Shown here: one piece after another, positions 37,862-45,334 of the stretch
How the letters are laid out: the number at the start of each line of letters is the position of its first letter
How positions within the stretch are numbered: position 1 is the first letter of the stretch
DNA from: Gemmatimonadota bacterium
Lineage (GTDB): Bacteria > Gemmatimonadota > Gemmatimonadetes > Gemmatimonadales > GWC2-71-9
Length of the DNA: 64,000 bases
Reading direction: 5' to 3'
Assembly: GCA_009692185.1 (NCBI GenBank)
Contig: SHZT01000002.1
Location: 33,455 to 97,454 of the forward strand
Made by a program: the position numbers and the translations under genes
Notes under the pieces: generated by a model
What the model was told of the DNA's origin: nothing
Seen by the model: the letters and a program-made list of their open reading frames with translations, nothing else
Databases searched by the model: none

Positions 37862-38906
37862 CGAAATCACCACCGGACAACTGCCACCCCGGCTCACGCC
37901 GCCAGACGGCCCAGGCGACCGCCGGGTCGAGAATCACGCCATGGACGCCGAACGCGTGACGCCCGCTGAAGAAGCCCAGCCGGCGGTACGCGCGGTACGG
38001 CCAGCTCCCGGGCACCGCCAGCGCGCGGACGACCGCCACGCCATCGGCGGACAACCGCTGAACGGCGCTCCGCACCAGCGCGGCAAACGCCGGCAGGTCA
38101 TCCGGAGACGTGAACACTTCGCCGATCAGGCCGCCGCCGTCACGCACACGCAATGCCAGAAACCCGGCAGCTTTTCCTTCGCGTTTCACCTGGAGCACGC
38201 GGAACCCCGCGCCAGACGCATCGAGGTAGCGCCAGTTGATCCAGTCGGCATCCCGGGCAAAGCAGGGGCCCAGTCGCGGCCGGAGCGCTCGCCAAAACGC
38301 ACTCCATTCCTCACCAGCCCGCTCGAGTTCGCTGACCACGATTCCCCGTTCGGCCGGGCCGTCCCACAACCGGTTCCACAGTCCATCGACCCACGCGGCG
38401 TCCGCCAATGCCGCGATCCCGAACCGCCGGGCGATGATCTTCTGCGGCAGGATGGGACGCACGAGCCACGCCAACGGAAACATCGGCTTCCAGCCGAGGG
38501 CGGAGATCCGCGAACGCCATTGATCGTTCGGGAGACCCAGCACGAGCGCCACGCCCGCTGCGCGCCAGCGATCAAAGAGACCCGATGTCACCTGGGTCAG
38601 GACGCCCTGCCTTCGCCACGCGGGGTCCGTCATGCCGTCCACGGCCACCATCACCCAGCGGTCTTCGTTGCCCAGCCGCACGCGGCACGGAATCCCCGCG
38701 AGGTGAAACATCGGGCGATCGTTGCCATCCACGGCCAGGGCCACGTTTTCGACCGGAGTCGGGCGCGTGCGGAGTTTCCAGATGTAGTGCTCCGCGCTCG
38801 TGGGCCGGCCGAACGCGCGGTGAAACAGGTCCACCACGCCCGGTACATCAGCCGCGATAAACGGCCGTTCCCTCCAGGCCGGCGGGCCCCCGGGTCCTCC
38901 GCTCAT
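37851..38906 (-). CDS. GNAT family N-acyltransferase (two-lobed, about 351 aa)
   Basis: ATG at 38906 overlaps the upstream stop (ATGA). GNAT motif A is WRRQGVLTQVTSGL. A second acyltransferase-like half follows (FRVLQVKREGKAAGFLALRV). Confidence 0.65.
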   Translation of the reverse strand: MSGGPGGPPAWRERPFIAADVPGVVDLFHRAFGRPTSAEHYIWKLRTRPTPVENVALAVDGNDRPMFHLAGIPCRVRLGNEDRWVMVAVDGMTDPAWRRQGVLTQVTSGLFDRWRAAGVALVLGLPNDQWRSRISALGWKPMFPLAWLVRPILPQKIIARRFGIAALADAAWVDGLWNRLWDGPAERGIVVSELERAGEEWSAFWRALRPRLGPCFARDADWINWRYLDASGAGFRVLQVKREGKAAGFLALRVRDGGGLIGEVFTSPDDLPAFAALVRSAVQRLSADGVAVVRALAVPGSWPYRAYRRLGFFSGRHAFGVHGVILDPAVAWAVWRREPGWQLSGGDFDAV

Positions 38907-40015
38907 GCAACCCGGCCCAGACGCCGGTACGCCGCGACCATCTGTCGTCCAATCGCGTCGAACGAGAGGGCCTGCTCGAAATGATGGCGGGCCCGAGTGC
39001 GGAGTTCGGCCCGGTCGCGCCCCGCCCATTCACGAATCACGCGTGCCATGGCGGTGCTGTCACCCGTGGGGACGACCGCGCCGGCGGACCCCTGCCCCGT
39101 GATCGTCCTGAACGACGGAATATCCGTGACGAGGGGCGTGGTGCCGCAGGCCAGCGCCTCGATGACGCCGTACCCGCTGCCTTCCTTGTGACTCGCCTGG
39201 ACCAGGAAGTCAGCGGCGCGGAAATGCTCCTCGATGCCCGGATACGCGACTTCTCCCACCAGGCGGACGCGGTCGCGGATCGCCGGGTCGCCCGCGATAC
39301 GGGCCCGGACTTGTTCCAGGAGGGGCGCGAACCGATAGCACATCCAGAGCCGCACGCCCGGGACGCCGGCTGCGACGGCCGAAACCGCGTCGAGCACCAT
39401 CAGCGGATCCTTGTTCGCGTCCAGGTTCCCCACCCAGAGGAGGCACGGGTCGCCATCTATGCCGGTCGCGCGGCGCGCGGTCGCGACGTCGCCTGGAGCA
39501 AATGGCGTCGAACCCTCGACCACTTCGAACACCGGGAGGTCCGCCCTGAGAACCCCGGCCGCCTTGAAGGCGAGCGCCTGGTCGGTCGCGGTGAACATGA
39601 CGCCGGCCAGCGGCGAAAACCCCCACCCATGGAACCAGCGGCGCCAGAAGCGCCCGGGAACGCCACTCCCGTGATCCTGTGCCACGATGGGGACCGAAGG
39701 AAGCTGCCGCGCGAGCGCACGGAGTTCCGACGGGTATATCAGCCCCTGCCAGTGAATAACGTCAGGCCGAGTGGCGGCGATCTGGTCCCGGAACGCGGGC
39801 AGTTCCACGAACTGGCACGAGACGCCACCAATGGTGTGCACCGCCTCGGTCCACGACGCCTGCACGACCGTCATGTCCACGCCCGCGCGCTGGGCGGCGG
39901 CGGCGCTGGCGCCGAAATCCCGCCAGGCGCGCAGGAGCTCCGCGGGGGCTCGGTGCGCGGGGTCGCGGTAAGTGCTCACCTGTGTGACACGCAGGCGGCT
40001 CGAGGTTGGCGGCAT
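38903..40015 (-). CDS. GT4 glycosyltransferase (GT-B, group 1)
   Basis: ORF 38903..40357 trimmed to MPPTSSRLRVTQVSTY (ATG 40015), because longer starts overlap the divergent gene. The signature is LVQASHKEGSGYGVIEALACGTTPLVTDIPSFRTI. Confidence 0.8.
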   Translation of the reverse strand: MPPTSSRLRVTQVSTYRDPAHRAPAELLRAWRDFGASAAAAQRAGVDMTVVQASWTEAVHTIGGVSCQFVELPAFRDQIAATRPDVIHWQGLIYPSELRALARQLPSVPIVAQDHGSGVPGRFWRRWFHGWGFSPLAGVMFTATDQALAFKAAGVLRADLPVFEVVEGSTPFAPGDVATARRATGIDGDPCLLWVGNLDANKDPLMVLDAVSAVAAGVPGVRLWMCYRFAPLLEQVRARIAGDPAIRDRVRLVGEVAYPGIEEHFRAADFLVQASHKEGSGYGVIEALACGTTPLVTDIPSFRTITGQGSAGAVVPTGDSTAMARVIREWAGRDRAELRTRARHHFEQALSFDAIGRQMVAAYRRLGRVA

Positions 40016-40208
40016 GAGGTCGGAAGGGTGACACGGAAGGCGCGGCAACGTCAATGCGCACCCTCTGGCAAAAGCCCTCCGACGCATTAGGGTTAGTAAG
40101 CCAGTTCTGGTCCGCCCGGCGTCCACGCAGGAAACCCAAGGGAGTCGCACCGTTACCACCGCCGCCCCAGCGCTTGCCCGGCAGACGTACGTCCTGCCCC
40201 GCGACGCC

Positions 40209-41117
40209 ATGACCGTCACTGCCGACGACCCGCGCCTCTTGGCGCTGGCCGACCGGCTATGGCCTGCCGCCGCGGGGGAGACGGGAAGCAGCCTGCCGCC
40301 CATACAGATCGGCCTCCGGGTCGATTCCCCGGGCGCCGCCTTTGAAGGGCGGCTCACGGAGTCGTGGACGGTTCAGCGCGATGCCGTCGAGCTCCGGCTC
40401 GGCAGCCAGCTGAGCGTGACCGCCGATGTTACGAGCGCTTCGATTTCAGGCTGGGTGAGCGCCGACCTGCTGGAACATGACCCGGGCCTGATCGCCCGGC
40501 TGCTGCTCGAAGTCCCCGTCGCCGCCCTGCTGCAACGCCGCGCGTACGCCGCCATCCACGCGGCCGCGATCGCGGGCCCTCGCGGCGCCGTGGTCCTGCG
40601 GGGGGCGCCCGGGTCCGGAAAATCCACGCTGGCCGCCGCCGCTCACCTGGCCGGCATGGACGTCCTCGGCGACGAGAGTGTGCTCGTAGCGAGGGATGAC
40701 CCGGATGAACTCCTGGCGGCCGTGCGGGACCCCACGCTCGAGCCGGACACCGTGCGCCTGCTCAACCTGGACGAACGGCTCTGGCCGGCCACGGAACGTA
40801 TTGGCCCCAAGCAGCGGCTGGATTTATTTGCCTCGGCGAACGCGAACGGCCGGGCCCGGCGGCGGATCGCGACCGTCATACTGGGACCGCGCAGCGGCCC
40901 GGCACGCCTCGACCCCCTCAATGCCGAAACGTTCACGGCGGAGTTCCAGGCCGGGGGCATCCGGGAGGAACTCTGGGCGGACCCCGCGCCTCGCATCGAG
41001 TCAACGTGGTCGCAGAGGGGCGCGTATCGCCTGTCGGGCGCCGGCGATCTCCGCGGGGCCATCACCTTGCTGGCGGCTTTGGTCGGACACACCCCTGAAC
41101 CAGGGAGCCCTGCATGA
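40209..41117 (+). CDS. HPr-kinase-related P-loop protein
   Basis: 302 aa. The central AAIAGPRGAVVLRGAPGSGKSTLAAAAHLAGMDVLGDESVLV resembles the HprK/P C-terminal domain P-loop context. A family-unassigned N-terminal domain of about 130 aa precedes it. Confidence 0.6.
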   Translation: MTVTADDPRLLALADRLWPAAAGETGSSLPPIQIGLRVDSPGAAFEGRLTESWTVQRDAVELRLGSQLSVTADVTSASISGWVSADLLEHDPGLIARLLLEVPVAALLQRRAYAAIHAAAIAGPRGAVVLRGAPGSGKSTLAAAAHLAGMDVLGDESVLVARDDPDELLAAVRDPTLEPDTVRLLNLDERLWPATERIGPKQRLDLFASANANGRARRRIATVILGPRSGPARLDPLNAETFTAEFQAGGIREELWADPAPRIESTWSQRGAYRLSGAGDLRGAITLLAALVGHTPEPGSPA

Positions 41118-42580
41118 ACCCTCTCTCGTCAGAACGCGTCCCGGTCCTGCTGTCGCATTCCTACTACCTCAAGTACGACCCGAAGCAGGTCCGGAAGATG
41201 AAGCCTTATGCCCCGCTTTCGACGTTGATCACCGCGTCGACCCTGCGGGATGCGGGCATGCCGTTGCAGTTATTCGACTCCATGCTGTCAGAGGGCGTTG
41301 AGGAGTTCGTCGACCGGGTTCGCGCGGCGCGGCCCAAGGTGGTCGCGATCTTCGAGGACAACTTCAATTTTCTGACCAAGATGTGCACGACGCGGATGCG
41401 GGACGCCGCGTTCACCATGATTGCCGCCGCGAAGGATGTGGGCGCCCGCGTCGCCGTGAACGGATCGGACGCGACCGACCAGCCGGACGGCTACCTCGCC
41501 GCCGGGGCCGACGCGGTGGTCCTCGGCGAAACCGAACACACGTTTCTCGAGCTGGCACACACGTGGCTCCGCGACGCACAGGCGGACCTCACAGACGTTG
41601 CGGGCCTCGCGCTGGGCGGCCCGACGGGCGCCGAGCCGCGGTTTACACCGCAACGCCGGTCGGTGGGGGACCTCGACGCGCTCCCATTCCCCGCGTGGGA
41701 CCTGATCGACATCGAGCGGTACCGCGAGGCGTGGACAACGGCGCACGGCCGGTTCTCGTGGAATGCCTGCACCTCCCGTGGGTGTCCCTTCGGCTGCAAC
41801 TGGTGCGCCAAGCCCATGTTCGGGCGCCGCTACACCCAGCGCACGCCGGGCAACGTGGCCGAGGAACTGTCACGCCTGGCCCAGGTCGTGCGCCCGGACC
41901 ACCTGTGGTTCGCCGACGACATTTTCGGCCTCACGTCTGCGTGGATCGAGTCGTTCGCCCGTGAAATGGGCCGGCGCCAAGTGAAAATCCCGTTCTCCAT
42001 GCAGTCCCGCGTGGACCTCATGACCCCCACCGGTGTCGAGGCTCTCGCCGCGGCGGGATGCGAAGAGGTCTGGCTCGGCGTCGAGTCCGGCTCGCAGAAG
42101 ATCCTGGACGGCATGAACAAGGGGATGTCGGTGGACGAAGTGGGCGACGCCACCAGCCGGCTCAAGGAGCACGGCATCAAGGCATGCTGGTTCATTCAGC
42201 TGGGGTACTCGGGCGAGAACTGGGACGACGTGCTGGCGACGAGAGACCTGGTGCGCGCCGAGCGTCCCGATGACATCGGCGTGTCCGTGGCATATCCGCT
42301 GCCGGGCACCGTTTTTTACGACCGGGTCCGCGCCGAGTTGTCAGCCAAGGAGAACTGGTCGGACAGTGACGACCTGGCCATGCTGTTCCGCGGCACGTAC
42401 ACCACGGATTTCTACCGGCAGATCCGGGACCTGCTCCACGAGGAGGCTCTGGCGCTCGCGAACGTCCATCCCATGGCCGAATGGCCGTTCGACGCGCGGT
42501 GGGATGCCCTGAAGGACCGGGAAGCAGACCACCGGGCGGAATCTGCGGTGGTGGCGAAGCGGGCAGTGTTGGGGGGATAA
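41114..42580 (+). CDS. B12-binding domain radical SAM protein (rSAM-1)
   Basis: The ATG overlaps the upstream stop (ATGA). The N-terminal B12-like Rossmann is LLSHSYYLKYDPKQVRKMKPYAPLSTL and the cluster motif is CTSRGCPFGCNWCAKP. By eye it belongs to the same subfamily as 49042..50331. Confidence 0.85.
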   Translation: MNPLSSERVPVLLSHSYYLKYDPKQVRKMKPYAPLSTLITASTLRDAGMPLQLFDSMLSEGVEEFVDRVRAARPKVVAIFEDNFNFLTKMCTTRMRDAAFTMIAAAKDVGARVAVNGSDATDQPDGYLAAGADAVVLGETEHTFLELAHTWLRDAQADLTDVAGLALGGPTGAEPRFTPQRRSVGDLDALPFPAWDLIDIERYREAWTTAHGRFSWNACTSRGCPFGCNWCAKPMFGRRYTQRTPGNVAEELSRLAQVVRPDHLWFADDIFGLTSAWIESFAREMGRRQVKIPFSMQSRVDLMTPTGVEALAAAGCEEVWLGVESGSQKILDGMNKGMSVDEVGDATSRLKEHGIKACWFIQLGYSGENWDDVLATRDLVRAERPDDIGVSVAYPLPGTVFYDRVRAELSAKENWSDSDDLAMLFRGTYTTDFYRQIRDLLHEEALALANVHPMAEWPFDARWDALKDREADHRAESAVVAKRAVLGG

Positions 42581-42601
42581 GAACTCACGAAGGAGGCGCT
42601 T

Positions 42602-43504
42602 ATGGCCGTCGCCAACCTACGTACCACCTCGGTCCCAGCCGACCTGGGGCGCAAACCCCGCGACGTCGAGCTCGATCTCTTCGGACTCACCCACACCGGA
42701 AAGGTCCGCAAAGCGAACCAGGACCATTTTCTGGTGTGCACCGTCCACCAGCAGATGGTCGTGCATGGCACCAGCCTCCCGAACACGGATCACCTTCCCC
42801 TTCGCGGCGAGCGGCTGGCAACAATCCTCCTCGTGGCCGACGGCGTCGGGGGCGGACAGGCGGGCGGCGAAGCGAGCCAGGTCGCGGTGGAAGCCGTCAC
42901 CCGGTACGTCACGTCCACCATGCTCTGCGTGCACGCACACACGGGGGTCGCAGAGCAGGACTTCCTCCAGGCGCTCCGGGCAGCGGCCATTGATGCACAC
43001 CAGGCGGTGCGGGCGGTGGGAACGGGCCGGGAGGACACGCGGAGCATGGCGACGACACTCACGCTCGCGATCTTCGTCTGGCCCACCATGTACGTGGTCC
43101 AGGTCGGCGACAGCCGCTGCTACCTCTACATGGACGGCGTTCTGCGCCAGGTGACCCGCGATCAGACCGTGGGGCAGTACATGGTGGACGTGGGAGCGTT
43201 GCCGGCCGAGCGGCTGGCAGAGTCGCCGCTTAATCGAGTGCTATCGAGCGCGATCGGGGGGAGCGAAGCGGAGCCGGTCGTGAGCCGCCACGAACTGAAC
43301 CGCACCGCCCGCGTGCTCCTGTGCAGCGACGGCTTGACCAAGCACGTCTCGAACGACGAGATCACGGAGCGAATCAAGGCGGAAGAGTCTTCGGAGCAAT
43401 TCTGCCGGGCGCTGCTGGACCGGACGCTGGAGCGGGGGGGCAGCGACAATATCACCGTGCTGGCGGGAAGGCTCCAGTCTGCGCCCCACGGGGCCGCGGT
43501 TTGA
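42602..43504 (+). CDS. PP2C family Ser/Thr phosphatase
   Basis: GAAGGAGG lies 6 nt (gcgctt) upstream of the ATG. Motifs are GLTHTGKVRKANQDHF, LLVADGVGGGQAGGEAS, LCSDGL and GGSDNITVL. Confidence 0.88.
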   Translation: MAVANLRTTSVPADLGRKPRDVELDLFGLTHTGKVRKANQDHFLVCTVHQQMVVHGTSLPNTDHLPLRGERLATILLVADGVGGGQAGGEASQVAVEAVTRYVTSTMLCVHAHTGVAEQDFLQALRAAAIDAHQAVRAVGTGREDTRSMATTLTLAIFVWPTMYVVQVGDSRCYLYMDGVLRQVTRDQTVGQYMVDVGALPAERLAESPLNRVLSSAIGGSEAEPVVSRHELNRTARVLLCSDGLTKHVSNDEITERIKAEESSEQFCRALLDRTLERGGSDNITVLAGRLQSAPHGAAV

Positions 43505-43558
43505 CGGGTCGTTGACGGGTCGAGTGTAGCCTTCCGCTCGGCACTCACCCCGGAAGCT

Positions 43559-44119
43559 ATGTTTCCCTCCAGAATGACCGCGCCGCTAACAGCCGCCGAG
43601 CTTGAGCACCTGTCGTTTCCCGACAAGCAGGTAGAACTGATTCGGGGACGGCTCGTGGTGCTCGAACCGCCCAGTTCGTGGCACGGCGCGGTCTCGGTGA
43701 ATCTCAGCACCCAATTGAGCAATTTCGTCCGGCGGCACGCCCTCGGCGTCGTCTTCGGGCAGGATACCGGGTTCAAGATCTTCGCTGATCCCGACACGGT
43801 TCGGGCCGCCGATGTGGCGTTCGTCGCGCGGGAGCGGATGTCCGGATTCCCGCGAAGGGGGTACGCCGCAGTCACGCCGGACCTGGTGGCCGAGGTCCTG
43901 TCGCCGGACGATCGCGCCGGAGAGGTGCTGGCCAAAGTCGCCGATTGGTTGAGAGCGGGGGCGCGAGCGGTGTGGGTCATCGATCCGCAGCGGGCCCAGG
44001 CCCTGGTCTACCGGCCAGACGGAAGCCTCTCGATCGTGGGAGAGCACGATGCGCTGGACGGAGAAGAGATACTGCCCGGCTTTTCCTGCTTGCTCAGCGA
44101 CATCCTGGCAATCGCGTAG
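43559..44119 (+). CDS. Uma2 family (DUF820) endonuclease
   Basis: 186 aa with VELIRGRLVVLEPPSSWHGAVSVNL, VRAADVAFV and PDLVAEVLSPDD. It uses noticeably more A/T-ending codons than its neighbours. Confidence 0.8.
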   Translation: MFPSRMTAPLTAAELEHLSFPDKQVELIRGRLVVLEPPSSWHGAVSVNLSTQLSNFVRRHALGVVFGQDTGFKIFADPDTVRAADVAFVARERMSGFPRRGYAAVTPDLVAEVLSPDDRAGEVLAKVADWLRAGARAVWVIDPQRAQALVYRPDGSLSIVGEHDALDGEEILPGFSCLLSDILAIA

Positions 44120-44180
44120 AGGCCCGACAACCGAGCCGTCCCGGTCTCAAGGGCGGGCCCGGCCCGCACCCTCACCACAG

Positions 44181-44207
44181 TCCCCTCTCCCGAACCGGGA
44201 GAGGGGA
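44181..44207. repeat. perfect 10-11 bp GC hairpin (REP-like) between convergent genes
   Basis: CCCCTCTCCC (44182-44191) pairs with GGGAGAGGGG (44197-44206) around a 5-nt loop. There is no T-run on either side. Confidence 0.6.
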
Positions 44208-44262
44208 ACGGCATCAGATCTCGACCGAGCCCGTGCTTGAGCCGAGGACCAAAACGCGCGGC

Positions 44263-44554
44263 TCAGGGCTCCTTGCCGCCGCCTGCCGCGCGTGGCCCGG
44301 CCGAGAACAGGTTCTGCACGAGGATCAGATCCGGCGCCTCGTCACCACCCAGTTTTACAAAGACGAAATGCTGGCCGTCGGGGTGGACGTCGTAGGCCGC
44401 GAGGGTTCCGCTTGTCCGGTATGGCGCTACGAACAACGGCGTCCGATTGCCTACCGCAAACGCGGGTTGCGTGCGGACCTGAGCCGCAAACAACGTGCCC
44501 GCCTGCCGATAAAAGAGCTCCCGGCGGCGGCGTTGAGTCGTTCGGTGTTGCCGG
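44263..44554 (-). pseudogene. 3'-terminal remnant of a PD40/TolB-like beta-propeller gene
   Basis: The frame reads ...ELFYRQAGTLFAAQVRTQPAFAVGNRTPLFVAPYRTSGTLAAYDVHPDGQHFVFVKLGGDEAPDLILVQNLF, the typical last blades of PD40 propeller proteins. It has no N-terminal part or proper start, and its upstream end runs into the vapC stop. Confidence 0.5.
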
Positions 44555-44968
44555 TCACGTCCTGAATCCCTCGCGCACCGCCGCCTCGCGCAACCGGTCG
44601 TCGAACGTCACGAACTCCCCCTCGGGTGGCGCACCGGCCCACTCGAGCGCGGCCGCCAGCTGGAGCGCATCGGCCGCCCGCAGCGCATGCACGCGCAGCA
44701 ACCGCAGGGCCTGCTCGCGCACCACGTCACCGGGCTGCACTTCAAACCAGCTCTTGCGAAGCGTGTCGAGCAACGACCGGGCATCGCGCTCGGCGGACGA
44801 CGTGAGCTGATCCTCGCGGCGCATGCGGGCGATGGCCGACGCGCATGCAACGGCGCTGCCCCACCAGACCACGAGTTCGTCGTCCTCCTTGAGCAACCCT
44901 CGCGCCTCGCTGGTGCGCGGCTGCTGGAGCACGAGCGGCACGAGCGCGGAAGAATCCCAGAACTTCAC
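44555..44968 (-). CDS. vapC: type II toxin, PIN domain (VapC-like)
   Basis: 137 aa starting MKFWDSSALVPLV, with RAADALQLAAAL and FVTFDDRL. The GTG start overlaps the antitoxin stop. Confidence 0.85.
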   Translation of the reverse strand: MKFWDSSALVPLVLQQPRTSEARGLLKEDDELVVWWGSAVACASAIARMRREDQLTSSAERDARSLLDTLRKSWFEVQPGDVVREQALRLLRVHALRAADALQLAAALEWAGAPPEGEFVTFDDRLREAAVREGFRT

Positions 44969-45258
44969 CAGCCCGACTCCCGTTCGGCGAGGAGCGCCGT
45001 GAGGCCCCGGCCCTTCGGGTCCGCCGGGCGCTTCCGGTCCCAGAAGCCCTTGGGCAGCCTGGCGCGCGGGGCGCGGAGGCGCCCGGTGCGAATCATTTCC
45101 TCGCGGCGCCCCTCGACGAACTGCGCGCCCGTCACCGGCGCCAGCCGGGCGATGGGACGCCCGCGATCCGTCACCAGCACTTCATCGCCGCGACGGACGA
45201 TCTCGAGAAAGGCGCTGAGCCGCGCCTTGAGGGCTGACACCGATGCGGTCTTTATCAT
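44965..45258 (-). CDS. type II antitoxin, Phd/YefM family
   Basis: 97 aa starting MIKTASVSALKARLSAFLEIVRRGDEVLVTDRGRPIARLAPV. Confidence 0.85.
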   Translation of the reverse strand: MIKTASVSALKARLSAFLEIVRRGDEVLVTDRGRPIARLAPVTGAQFVEGRREEMIRTGRLRAPRARLPKGFWDRKRPADPKGRGLTALLAERESGW

Positions 45259-45293
45259 ATGACCATAATAGTCATGTCAAATGAAGCGGCCAA
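45259..45293 (-). promoter_or_regulatory. putative TA promoter/operator (leaderless layout)
   Basis: The minus strand reads TTGGCC (45293-45288), a 17-nt spacer, TATTAT (45270-45265), 6 nt, then ATG (45258). The inverted repeat ATGAC-N7-GTCAT (45259-45275) brackets the -10. Confidence 0.4.
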
Positions 45294-45334
45294 CACTCGA
45301 TGCGGGGCAGGACGCCGTACCGTGGGGCGAAGCA

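Noticed and set aside
40060-40080. Sigma-54 promoter (TGGCA...) upstream of the kinase-rSAM-PP2C operon, which would link it to the NtrC-type regulator
   Set aside because: The sequence is TGGCAAAAGCCCTCC, so the required TTGC element at the -12 position is absent.
40054-40212. 52-codon ORF (MRTLWQKPSDALGLVSQFWSARRPRRKPKGVAPLPPPPQRLPGRRTSCPATP) whose TGA overlaps the ATG of the HprK-like gene, considered as a precursor peptide
   Set aside because: Its codon usage is unlike real genes here (TTA x3, GTA, AAA, AGA, GGA x1). The composition is Arg/Pro-rich, typical of out-of-frame GC-rich DNA, and there is no SD. I cannot exclude it, but I cannot support it either.
32789-43504. A complete lasso-peptide (or other classical RiPP) biosynthetic gene cluster
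   Set aside because: Kinase-like, nucleotidyltransferase, sulfotransferase and rSAM genes are present. However, I find no lasso cyclase, leader peptidase, PqqD-like RRE, SPASM-type maturase, ABC exporter or credible precursor ORF in the window. Only the weaker 'recruited tailoring set' hypothesis is kept.
43559-45334. Integrated mobile element or prophage remnant
   Set aside because: No integrase, transposase, recombinase, phage structural genes, flanking direct repeats or adjacent tRNA are visible. Only a TA module, a Uma2 nuclease and a gene stump are present, so it is described as an accessory islet and not annotated as a mobile element.
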